DNA of 64,000 bases, taken from contig DATKLT010000022.1 of the NCBI GenBank assembly GCA_035542315.1, positions 271 through 64,270 of the forward strand, read 5' to 3'. Positions 56,138 to 64,000 of the stretch are shown piece after piece (positions within the stretch are counted from its first letter, which is position 1; every line of letters begins with the position of its first letter). The notes beneath the pieces were generated by a model that worked only from the letters and a program-made list of their open reading frames with translations, did not search any database and was not told the DNA's origin. Both the position numbers and the translations under genes were made by a program. Source of the DNA: Solirubrobacterales bacterium (lineage in GTDB: Bacteria; Actinomycetota; Thermoleophilia; Solirubrobacterales; 70-9).

Positions 56138-57196
56138 GTGTCCGCGCTACGGGAACGGGACTTCCGGGCCGCCCTCGACTTCGTAGGCGAGGTGCACGAC
56201 GCCCAGGACCGTGAGGAGTTCCGCTCGATCGTGCTCCCCGGCTACCGCAGGCTGGTCCCAGCGCTGCACGTCTCCTACAACGAGATCGAGGGCGACGGGC
56301 AGGTCACGGCGGCGATCGTCGAACCCGAGCTGCCGGACTGGGCGGTGCCGGTCTGGGAGCGATACGCGGGGGAAAACCCGCTGCTGCAGCGCTATCTCCG
56401 CACCCGCGACGGGCGGGCTCTACGCTTCTCCGACGTCGTCTCGAGGTCGCAATTGCACGGCCTGCCGCTGTACCGGCACTTCTACGCGCCGCTCGGGGTC
56501 GAGCATCAGATCGCCTTCATCCTGCCGTCGACCCCGCTGCTGACGATCGGCGTCGCCCTGACCCGGGCGGATGCCGACTTCGGCGAGCGCGACCGCGAGC
56601 TGCTGGAGCTGACCCGGCCCCACATGATCCAGGCCTACCGCGCGGCCGAGCTGCGCGAGCGACTGGCCGCGACCGTCGCCGGCCTCAGCTCGGCGCTCGA
56701 GGCCGACGGCACCGCGATCGTCGTGCTCGAGGCAAACGGCAGCGTCGGCTTCGTCTCGGCGGCGGCCGCGAGTCTGCTCGACGGCCGCACGCCCCTTCTT
56801 GCGGAGGGTCGGCCCCTCCCCCCTGCCCTGGCCGCCTGGGTCGCCAGCGGGCAGCCCGACGGCCGCGTCGAGCTGGGCGAGGAGTCCCTCCTGATGCGCC
56901 GCTTTCGCAACGGAGCGCAGACGCTGATCCTGCTGGAGAGCGCGAGGCTGGCGCTTTCCCGCAAGGTCCTGCGCGAACTCGGCCTGACTCGAAGGGAGGC
57001 TGCCGTCCTGCACGAGGTCGCCCTGGGTGCCGGAACCGGCGAGGTTGCCTCGACGCTGGAGATCGCGCCGCGCACCGTGGCCAAGCACCTGCAGCGAATC
57101 CACGCCAAGCTCGGCGTCGCCACCCGCGCTCAGGCGGTCGCGACCGCCTGGGCCGCAGCGGGGTCCCCGCCCCGCACACGGCCGCGTACGCCTTAG
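56138..57196 (+). CDS. LuxR-family transcriptional regulator (GAF-like N-terminal region + LuxR C-terminal HTH)
   Basis: LTRREAAVLHEVALGAGTGEVASTLEIAPRTVAKHLQRIHAKLGVATRAQAV. Confidence 0.8.
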   Translation: MSALRERDFRAALDFVGEVHDAQDREEFRSIVLPGYRRLVPALHVSYNEIEGDGQVTAAIVEPELPDWAVPVWERYAGENPLLQRYLRTRDGRALRFSDVVSRSQLHGLPLYRHFYAPLGVEHQIAFILPSTPLLTIGVALTRADADFGERDRELLELTRPHMIQAYRAAELRERLAATVAGLSSALEADGTAIVVLEANGSVGFVSAAAASLLDGRTPLLAEGRPLPPALAAWVASGQPDGRVELGEESLLMRRFRNGAQTLILLESARLALSRKVLRELGLTRREAAVLHEVALGAGTGEVASTLEIAPRTVAKHLQRIHAKLGVATRAQAVATAWAAAGSPPRTRPRTP

Positions 57197-57289
57197 CGCG
57201 TACAAGCGAAGCCGAGCTGGGCCCGGGGGACCCGGGATCAAGACTAGGTTGACCGCGGATCTGCAAACCGCACGCTGGAGGTCGGGTCG

Positions 57290-58168
57290 ATGGTTGTCAG
57301 CGCAAGAAGGCTCCTGCCGTTGATGAGCGCCGTGGTCGTGCTCTGCTTGCCCGCGGCGGCGACGGCCGAAACGGTGACGATCGGACCCGAAGTCCACCAG
57401 CTCACCTCGAATTCGGGCACCTGCGGATTCGAACACGCGAGCGAACGGCCCTGCGCGATCGTCACCAACTCCGTCCCCGGGGCGACGATGACCTCGCCCT
57501 GCGACGGCACCGTCACCCGCTTCCGGCTGAAGGGGTTCGTCAGGCCGGCCAACCACTACAGCCTGCGCGTGATCCGCAAGAACCCGGACGGGAGCTACAC
57601 CGGCACCGCGACCAGCGCTCCCGTGGCGATCGCGACCGAAGGCGTCAACGAATACGCGACGGACCTGCCGATCTCGGCGGGAGAGCAGATCGGGATCGAC
57701 TTCCTCGACTCGACCGAAGAGTACGGCCTCGCCTGGATCGGCGGCCCGACCGTCAGCGCCTCGGTCCTGTTCGCCTTCCCGGCCGACGGCACCGCCGCGT
57801 TCCCGGACATCCCCTCGACCACGTTCTACTACCTGTTCAACGCCGACGTCTCCTGCACGCCCCCGCCGCCGCCGAGCAACTCGTTCCGGGTGGTGAAGCT
57901 GAAGAAGACGACGCTCGTCCTCGACCTCGCCTCCGCCGGCTCGCTGAGGGCGGTCGACGCATCTCACTCGAAGTCGAAGCCGCGCCTGCTGAAGGGGTCG
58001 CGGGCGAGCGGCGGGCCAGGCCGGGTCAAGCTGAAGCTGAAGCTGACCAGCGCCGCCAAGGCCACGCTGCGAGAGAAGGGGAAGCTGGCGCTGCGGACCA
58101 AGCTCGTCTTCACGCCGACCGGAGGCGTCGCCGCGACCCGAGTTCGGAAGCTGACGATCAGAGGCTGA
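57290..58168 (+). CDS. secreted hypothetical protein with K-rich beta-strand C-terminal tail
   Basis: Signal peptide RRLLPLMSAVVVLCLPAAATA. 6 Cys. PPPPP linker. Tail KLKLKLTSAAKATLREKGKLALRTKLVFTPTGG. Confidence 0.55.
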   Translation: MVVSARRLLPLMSAVVVLCLPAAATAETVTIGPEVHQLTSNSGTCGFEHASERPCAIVTNSVPGATMTSPCDGTVTRFRLKGFVRPANHYSLRVIRKNPDGSYTGTATSAPVAIATEGVNEYATDLPISAGEQIGIDFLDSTEEYGLAWIGGPTVSASVLFAFPADGTAAFPDIPSTTFYYLFNADVSCTPPPPPSNSFRVVKLKKTTLVLDLASAGSLRAVDASHSKSKPRLLKGSRASGGPGRVKLKLKLTSAAKATLREKGKLALRTKLVFTPTGGVAATRVRKLTIRG

Positions 58169-58188
58169 GCCAGCCGCCGCCGGCCTCC

Positions 58189-58593
58189 CTACGTGCCCCA
58201 ACTCCGGTAGGGATCGAGATGCCCGTCGAGGTCGAACCAGTACTCGCGAAAATGAGTGCACCGGCCGTCTTCCGGGTCGAGGCGGGCAATCAGGCAACCA
58301 GCGATCGTCGCCTCCTCGCCCTCGTTCGTGGCCTTGACCCAGAACTCGGCCATCACCTGCTCGCCGTCGATCATCGGGTTCCCCATGCGAACGCTGACGT
58401 CTCCCTGCGCCGCCTGTTCCTCGCGAACGTAGTTCTGCAGCGCGTCGCTCCCGACGACCGTCCTCTCGGGATCGACGACGTAGACGACGTCATCGCTGAA
58501 GAGCGAAACGAAGCCAGCGACATCCCAGCTCTGCCAGGTTCGTCCGTAGCCGGCAACGAACGCCGTCGCGCTTTGCTGGAAGCCGCTCATCAC
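58189..58593 (-). CDS. NTF2-like (SnoaL-type) protein
   Basis: 134 aa. FVAGYGRTWQSWDVAGFVSLFSDDVVYV ... typical NTF2-fold spacing. 4-nt overlap with the upstream paralogue. Confidence 0.7.
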   Translation of the reverse strand: MMSGFQQSATAFVAGYGRTWQSWDVAGFVSLFSDDVVYVVDPERTVVGSDALQNYVREEQAAQGDVSVRMGNPMIDGEQVMAEFWVKATNEGEEATIAGCLIARLDPEDGRCTHFREYWFDLDGHLDPYRSWGT

Positions 58594-59009
58594 TCCTCCT
58601 CCATCAACCCAAGCTGGGTGAAGAGCCCTACCTGGTCGTAATAGGTCCGGTACTCGACGATCTCGCCCTCACGCAGGCGGGAGAAGTCGGCAAAGGGAAG
58701 GTCGACCTCGCGCCCCGACGCCGGCAGATCCCCCTCCGGACCCGGGAGCGGGCCCGTGTTGGTCCCGGTGAAACGTCCCTCGACTATGACCGTGTCGCCA
58801 GCCTCGAATGCTCGCTCCACGATCGCCCGCGCGTCGGGCAGCGGCCCTTTCAGACCGTCCAGGTAATCCCGAAGGGCCGGGAGTCCCTTGACCGAACCCA
58901 GGCCCGGGTCGGTCATTCGCACTCCGTCCGCAAACATCGCCGTCGCGGCGTCGAGGTCGCCGCTGCCGAACGCGTCGTAGAACCGCTGCACGATCTCGAT
59001 CTGAGTCAT
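58590..59009 (-). CDS. SnoaL-like / ester-cyclase NTF2-family protein
   Basis: IVQRFYDAFGSGDLDAATAMFADGVRMTDP...FRLREGEIVEYRTYYD. Confidence 0.75.
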   Translation of the reverse strand: MTQIEIVQRFYDAFGSGDLDAATAMFADGVRMTDPGLGSVKGLPALRDYLDGLKGPLPDARAIVERAFEAGDTVIVEGRFTGTNTGPLPGPEGDLPASGREVDLPFADFSRLREGEIVEYRTYYDQVGLFTQLGLMEEE

Positions 59010-59123
59010 ATGTCCTCCTTGGAAGCTGGCGGAGGACGAGACCGGGTGACTCTCTCACCATCGCCCGCAATTGCCAAGGGACCCTTGACCGGGAAGTCGG
59101 TACCGGCCGCTATAAATTGAGCC

Positions 59124-59564
59124 GTGACGCCGCCGATCCAACGGATGGACCACGTCGGGATCGTCGTCGAGGACCTGACGGCTGCGGTCGAGTTCTTTGT
59201 CGAGCTCGGGCTCGAGCCGCAGGGCGGCGGCTTGGTGGAGGGCGACTGGGTCGGGCGCGTAATCGGGCTCGACGAGGTCCGAGCGGAGATCGCGATGCTA
59301 GGGCCGGCGGACGGCCAGGCACGAATCGAGCTGGTCAAGTTCCACTCGCCGCCAAGCGAGGCGGCCGACCGGCAGATGCCCTCGAATGCGCCGGGCATCC
59401 GTCACGTCACGTTCCGTGTCGACGACCTCGACACCACCGTCGCCGGCCTGCGGGCCCGCGGCTTCGAGCTCGTCGGCGAGATCGAGCAGTACGAGGACAG
59501 CTTCCGGCTCTGCTACGTCCGCGGCCCCGAGGGAATCCTCGTCGAGCTGGCGCAAGCTCTCTAG
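59124..59564 (+). CDS. VOC/glyoxalase-family protein
   Basis: MDHVGIVVEDLTAAVEFFVELGLE...GIRHVTFRVDDLDTTVAGLRARGFELVG. Confidence 0.85.
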   Translation: MTPPIQRMDHVGIVVEDLTAAVEFFVELGLEPQGGGLVEGDWVGRVIGLDEVRAEIAMLGPADGQARIELVKFHSPPSEAADRQMPSNAPGIRHVTFRVDDLDTTVAGLRARGFELVGEIEQYEDSFRLCYVRGPEGILVELAQAL

Positions 59565-59631
59565 CCCCAGGGTCCGAGCACAACCAGATCCGACGGACTT
59601 GACGCGTCCGCCGGAGGCTGCTTAGATACCC

Positions 59632-59653
59632 GTCTTAGTCATATGACTAAGAC
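59632..59653. promoter_or_regulatory. 22-bp perfect palindrome GTCTTAGTCATATGACTAAGAC spanning the TetR start codon; candidate autoregulatory operator
   Basis: Read directly. The centre of symmetry lies between 59642 and 59643, immediately before the ATG at 59643..59645. Confidence 0.45.
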
Positions 59654-60278
59654 AGTTGCAAGCAACGAGAAAGGAGCAGCCACGGTGGAGATATCGGTTC
59701 GCGACGCCAACAAAGAGGCGCTGCTCGACGCCGCCGAGCGGCTGCTGGTGCGCGAGGGCGCGAGCGGCATCTCGACCCGCCAGCTGGCCCGCGAGGCGGG
59801 GCAGAACCACGGACTGGTCCATTACTACTTCGGCTCGGTCGACGAGCTGCTGATGCAGGCGCTCGAGCGGTTCACCAACCGGGTGCTCGAGCGCCAGCGC
59901 GAGATGTACGGCTCCGCCCTCCCTTTCATCGAGAAGTGGCGAGCGGCGATGGGCTTCATCGAGATCGACCTCGAAGCCGGCTACCCCAAGGTCTGGGCCG
60001 AGCTGGAAGCGCTCGCCCGCACCAAACCCGAGCTTCGCGACCGCCTCAACGAGGTCAACGACCGCTGGCGCTCGCTGCTGCGCGACGCGATGGCCGAGGC
60101 GATCGAGGAGTACGGGCTCGACGCCTCGCGGTTTTCGGCGGAAGCCTGGGCGACGCTGGTCATGCAGTTCAACAAGGGCCTTCTGACCGAGCGCCTGCTC
60201 GGCTTCGACCGCGGCCACGCGGAGATGCTGGCGGCGATCGACGCCTGGCTCGTCTCGCTTACGGAGAACAAGCCTTAA
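59643..60278 (+). CDS. TetR/AcrR-family transcriptional regulator
   Basis: EALLDAAERLLVREGASGISTRQLAREAGQNHGLVHYYFGSVDELL. Confidence 0.9.
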   Translation: MTKTVASNEKGAATVEISVRDANKEALLDAAERLLVREGASGISTRQLAREAGQNHGLVHYYFGSVDELLMQALERFTNRVLERQREMYGSALPFIEKWRAAMGFIEIDLEAGYPKVWAELEALARTKPELRDRLNEVNDRWRSLLRDAMAEAIEEYGLDASRFSAEAWATLVMQFNKGLLTERLLGFDRGHAEMLAAIDAWLVSLTENKP

Positions 60279-60310
60279 AACGAGAAGATCGAACCTATGG
60301 GAGGTTTGTG

Positions 60311-61390
60311 ATGTCAGCAGCACAGGAGTCCGCAGTGATCGACGCCGAGAAACTCGAGCAGTTCGTCTTCGGCGCCGTCGGCGAGGTCGGCGCGACGCTT
60401 AACGCGGCGTTGGTCGTGATGGGCGACAAGCTCGGCCTCTATCGCGCCCTCGCCGGCGCCGGCGGCCTGACGCCTGCCGAGCTGGCGCAGCGCACCCAGA
60501 CCAGCGAGCGTTACGTCCGCGAGTGGCTGAACGCGCAGGCAGCGGGGGGCTACGTCTCCTACGAGCCGGAGGACGGGACCTACACCCTGCCGCCAGAGCA
60601 GACGGTCGCGATGACCGACGAGTCGAGCCCCGCCTTCCTGCCGGGCTTCTTCCAGATCGCGCTCGGCGCGGTGATCGACTCGCCGCGGATCACCGAGGCC
60701 GCCCGCGGCGGCGACGGCGTCGGCTGGCACGAGCACAACCACGACGTCTTCGACGGCTGCGAGCGCTTCTTCCGCCCCGGCTACAACGCGAACCTCGTCG
60801 CCGATTGGCTGCCGGCGCTGGAGGGAGTCGTGCCGAAGCTCGAGCGCGGCGCCCGCGTCGCCGACGTCGGCTGCGGGCACGGCTCCTCGACGATCCTGAT
60901 GGCCAAGGCCTTCCCGCGCTCGACCTTCACCGGCTCCGACTACCACGCGGGCTCGATCGAGACCGCGCGCCGCCGCGCTGGGGAAGCCGGCGTCGCCGAC
61001 CGGGTCGGCTTCGAGGTCGCCGCAGCGGCCAGCGACCACGGCGGGGGCTATGACCTGGTGACGATGTTCGACTGCCTGCACGACATGGGCGATCCGGTCG
61101 GCGCCGCCCGCCAGGTGCGCCAGATGCTGGCGGCGGATGGCACCTGGATGATCGTCGAGCCGATGGCCGGCGACCGGATCGAGGACAACCTCAACCCGGT
61201 CGGGCGCGCCTACTACGGGTTCTCGACCTTCCTCTGCACGCCGGCCTCGCTCTCGCAGGAGGTCGGCCTCGCGCTTGGTGCACAAGCTGGCGAGGCGAGG
61301 ATCGCGCAGGTCGTCTCCGAGGCTGGCTTCACCCGGTTCCGGCGCGCGGCCGAGACGCCGTTCAACCTAGTCCTCGAAGCGCGGCCATGA
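60311..61390 (+). CDS. class I SAM-dependent methyltransferase with N-terminal winged-helix/dimerisation region
   Basis: The last 359 codons of track ORF 59936..61390. RVADVGCGHGSSTILMA (motif I), DLVTMFDCLHDM. Confidence 0.85.
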   Translation: MSAAQESAVIDAEKLEQFVFGAVGEVGATLNAALVVMGDKLGLYRALAGAGGLTPAELAQRTQTSERYVREWLNAQAAGGYVSYEPEDGTYTLPPEQTVAMTDESSPAFLPGFFQIALGAVIDSPRITEAARGGDGVGWHEHNHDVFDGCERFFRPGYNANLVADWLPALEGVVPKLERGARVADVGCGHGSSTILMAKAFPRSTFTGSDYHAGSIETARRRAGEAGVADRVGFEVAAAASDHGGGYDLVTMFDCLHDMGDPVGAARQVRQMLAADGTWMIVEPMAGDRIEDNLNPVGRAYYGFSTFLCTPASLSQEVGLALGAQAGEARIAQVVSEAGFTRFRRAAETPFNLVLEARP

Positions 61391-63582
61391 GCGTCGCGGA
61401 GATCGTCAAGCGGACGGTCGGGCGCGGCGGCGAGCAGAGCCGCGCCCGCTACCCCGACGACGAAGGCTTCGTCGAGCGCGACGGCCAGCGCCTCTTTTAC
61501 GAGGTCTACGGCGAGGGCGAGGAGACGATCTTCCTCCTCCCCACCTGGTCGATCGTCCACTCGCGCCACTGGAAGATGCAGATCGCCTACTTCGCCCGCC
61601 ACTTCCGGGTGCTGGTGATGGACGGCCTCGGCAACGGCCGCTCCGACCGCTGTAAGGATCCGCGCCGCTACGACGCCGACGAGACCGCCCGCGACTGCCT
61701 CGCCGTGATGGACGCGACGAATACCGAGCGGGCGCTTCTCGTCAGCCTCTCGAAAGGCGCCCAGTACGCGCTCTCGCTGGGACGGATGGCACCCGAGCGC
61801 CTGGTCGGCGCCGCGTTCGTCGGTCCGCTCTTCCCCTATACGCCGTCCCCCACCCGCTGGCTCCTCTTCAACCCCCGCATCGCCTCCCGCTTCTTCGTCC
61901 GGCCGTGGCCTACCCACCGCCTCTGGGGCCATCGTTGGTGGGGACGGATGAACGCCGTCCACTGGGGCACCGAACACACCGAGTTCGTCGAGTGGTTCAT
62001 CGGCCGCTGCCTCCCCGAGCCGCACTCGACCAAGGCGATCGAGGATGGCGTCGGCTGGGGGCTCGACTCCGACCCGCAGACGCTGATCGCGACCGGCGGC
62101 GGCCGGATCCACCGCGAGCGCGGCGAGATGGCGGAGCTGGCCGAAGGCATGCCGTGCCCCGTCCTCGTCATCCACGGCGACCGCGACAAGATCACGCCCC
62201 CGCGCGACGGCCGGGCTCTCGCCCGCCTCTCCGGCGGTCGGCTCGAGCGGGTGCGCCGCTCCGGTCACCTCCCCCACGCCCGCAAGCCGGTCCAGGTCAA
62301 CCTGGCCTTGCGCGAATTCAGCGAGGACGCCTTCGGCCGGCCGCGGACGCCGCGCGACCCAACCGTCCACCGTCCCGACGGCCGCCCGCGCGCTCTCTTC
62401 GTCTCCTCCCCTATTGGCCTCGGCCACACGCAGCGCGATCTCGCGATCGCCCGCGAGCTGCGCCGCCTGCATCCCGACCTCGAGGTCGAGTGGCTGGCCC
62501 AGGACCCGGTCACCAGGACGCTGGAGGCGGAGGGCGAGCGGATCCATCCCGCCAGCGCCCATCTCGCCAGCGAGTCGCACCACATCGAGTCGGAGTCGGC
62601 CGAGCACGACCTGCACTGCTTCCACGCCCTGCGACGGATGGACGAGATCCTGGCCGCCAACTTCATGCTCTTCCACGACGTCGTGCGCGAGGACCGCTAC
62701 GACCTCTGGATCGGCGACGAGGCCTGGGAGCTCGACTACTACCTGCACGAGAACCCTGCCGAGAAGCGGGCGCCGTTTGCCTGGCTGACCGACTTCGTCG
62801 GCTTCCTGCCGATGGAGGACGGCGGCGAGCGCGAGGCGTTCCTCACCGCCGACTACAACGCCGACATGGTCGACCACATCGCCGCCCACCCCGAGGTCCG
62901 CGACCTCGCCCTGTTCGTCGGCAACCCCGACGACATCGTGCCCGAGCGGCTGGGGCCGCAGCTGCCGGCGATCCGCGACTGGACCGAGCGCCACTTCGAC
63001 TTCACCGGCTACGTGACCGGCTTCGACCCGGTCGCGCTGGGCGACCGGGGCAGGCTGCGAGACGAGCTCGGCTACGGCGAGGACGAGCAGGTCTGCATCG
63101 TCACCGTCGGTGGCTCGGGCGTCGGCGCCGACCTCCTGCGCCGGGTGATCGCGTCGTTCCCCGAAGCCAAACAGCGGGTCCCGGAGCTGCGGATGATCGT
63201 CGTCGCCGGCCCCCGCATCGACCCCGCCTCGCTGCCCTGCCACGACGGCCTCGAGGTCGTCCCCTACGTCCACAACCTCTACCGCCACCTGGCCGCCTGC
63301 GACCTGGCGGTTGCCCAGGGTGGCCTCACCACCTCGATGGAGCTGACCGCGAACCGCCGCCCCTTCCTTTACTTCCCCCTGCGTCACCACTTCGAGCAGG
63401 GCTTCCACGTCCGCCACCGGCTCGAACGCTACGGTGCCGGCCGCTGCATGAGCTTCGACGACTCACCCCCCGCGGCGATCGCTGCGGCAATCGCCGAGGA
63501 GATCGGCCGCGAGGTCGACTACCGCGAGGTTGAGGTCGACGGCGCCGCGCGGGCGGCGAGTCGCCTCGCCGAGCTGCTCTAG
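61387..63582 (+). CDS. fusion protein: N-terminal alpha/beta hydrolase + C-terminal GT28/MurG-like glycosyltransferase
   Basis: Residues about 1-300: IFLLPTWSIVHSRHW, LVSLSKGAQ, VLVIHGDRDKITP, SGHLPH. Residues about 330-731: ALFVSSPIGLGHTQRDLAIAREL ... VTVGGSGVGADLL ... AQGGLTTSMEL. The ATG overlaps the methyltransferase stop. Confidence 0.75.
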   Translation: MSVAEIVKRTVGRGGEQSRARYPDDEGFVERDGQRLFYEVYGEGEETIFLLPTWSIVHSRHWKMQIAYFARHFRVLVMDGLGNGRSDRCKDPRRYDADETARDCLAVMDATNTERALLVSLSKGAQYALSLGRMAPERLVGAAFVGPLFPYTPSPTRWLLFNPRIASRFFVRPWPTHRLWGHRWWGRMNAVHWGTEHTEFVEWFIGRCLPEPHSTKAIEDGVGWGLDSDPQTLIATGGGRIHRERGEMAELAEGMPCPVLVIHGDRDKITPPRDGRALARLSGGRLERVRRSGHLPHARKPVQVNLALREFSEDAFGRPRTPRDPTVHRPDGRPRALFVSSPIGLGHTQRDLAIARELRRLHPDLEVEWLAQDPVTRTLEAEGERIHPASAHLASESHHIESESAEHDLHCFHALRRMDEILAANFMLFHDVVREDRYDLWIGDEAWELDYYLHENPAEKRAPFAWLTDFVGFLPMEDGGEREAFLTADYNADMVDHIAAHPEVRDLALFVGNPDDIVPERLGPQLPAIRDWTERHFDFTGYVTGFDPVALGDRGRLRDELGYGEDEQVCIVTVGGSGVGADLLRRVIASFPEAKQRVPELRMIVVAGPRIDPASLPCHDGLEVVPYVHNLYRHLAACDLAVAQGGLTTSMELTANRRPFLYFPLRHHFEQGFHVRHRLERYGAGRCMSFDDSPPAAIAAAIAEEIGREVDYREVEVDGAARAASRLAELL

Positions 63583-63583
63583 A

Positions 63584-64000
63584 TCAGTGCGAGTGGCGGT
63601 GGCCGCCGCGCACTGTCCACCACGAATCCCAGCTGATCCTGAGAATCACGGCGGTGATGCCGAGGCCGATCAGCGGGTCGGCGACCGGCAGGCCGACGGC
63701 GACGACTATCGCGCCGGCGAGGACGGCGAGGCTGACGTAGGAGTCGGCGCGGGCGTGGCTGCCGTCGGCGATCAGGGCGGGGCTGTTGAGCCGACGTCCA
63801 GCGCGGGTGCGAACGATCGCCGCGATCCAGTTGCCGGCGAAGCCGACGAGGCCGGCGAGGCCGAGGGCGAGCAGGTCGGTCGGCGGCTGCGGGTCGACCA
63901 GGCGCGCGACCGACTCGACGCCGGCGACGCAGGCCGAGGCGAAGATCGCGAGGACGACGAACAGCCCCGCCCCACGCTCGCCCCGCTCGGAGCGCAAGAG
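63584..64000 (-). CDS. cation diffusion facilitator (CDF) transporter; N-terminus runs off the window end
   Basis: IADGSHARADSYVSLAVL (HxxxD of TM5) and preceding TM spans. The ORF stays open to nt 64000 in frame. Confidence 0.7.
   Translation of the reverse strand, partial: LLRSERGERGAGLFVVLAIFASACVAGVESVARLVDPQPPTDLLALGLAGLVGFAGNWIAAIVRTRAGRRLNSPALIADGSHARADSYVSLAVLAGAIVVAVGLPVADPLIGLGITAVILRISWDSWWTVRGGHRHSH

Noticed and set aside
61213-63417. 734-aa minus-strand ORF
   Set aside because: It is antisense to the hydrolase-glycosyltransferase fusion, which has clear catalytic motifs. A shadow ORF.

Overview
Very GC-rich (judged by eye, not computed) actinobacterial-type chromosomal segment. 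Gene content and protein style resemble Thermoleophilia/Solirubrobacterales-like genomes, but that is inference only. I call about 70 protein genes and 2 tRNAs (Met-CAT, Asn-GTT). I see no rRNA, CRISPR array, transposase or phage integrase. The backbone is housekeeping. On the minus strand lies the conserved actinobacterial block tlyA-nadK-[MFS insertion]-recN-steA-MctB-like-GT4-like-pyrG-M20 peptidase-DUF3866-xerD-mutM-recO-dgt-dnaG. An lspA-lgt lipoprotein-processing pair and a Ser/Thr kinase are also present. Accessory or less ordinary parts are: (1) a roughly 3-kb lower-GC islet between lgt and tRNA-Met, carrying hicBA and an oxidoreductase bracketed by a perfect 31-bp direct repeat. (2) A 461-bp AT-richer non-coding island upstream of tlyA, with several hairpins and a clean intrinsic terminator. 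(3) A copper-handling cluster (SCO, CopC-CopD, YcnI) with four or five uncharacterised membrane or secreted partners. (4) A soluble MgtE-N/CBS protein encoded directly upstream of an NRAMP transporter. (5) A lipoprotein gene broken by one in-frame TAG. (6) A TetR / methyltransferase / hydrolase-glycosyltransferase-fusion cluster with NTF2 and VOC genes. I found no convincing complete novel multi-gene system. The tRNA-Met islet repeat and the non-coding island are the most worthwhile follow-ups. Many long ORFs in the supplied track are GC-driven wrong-frame artefacts, and I trimmed or discarded them. Internal starts were placed by residue counting from the track coordinates.
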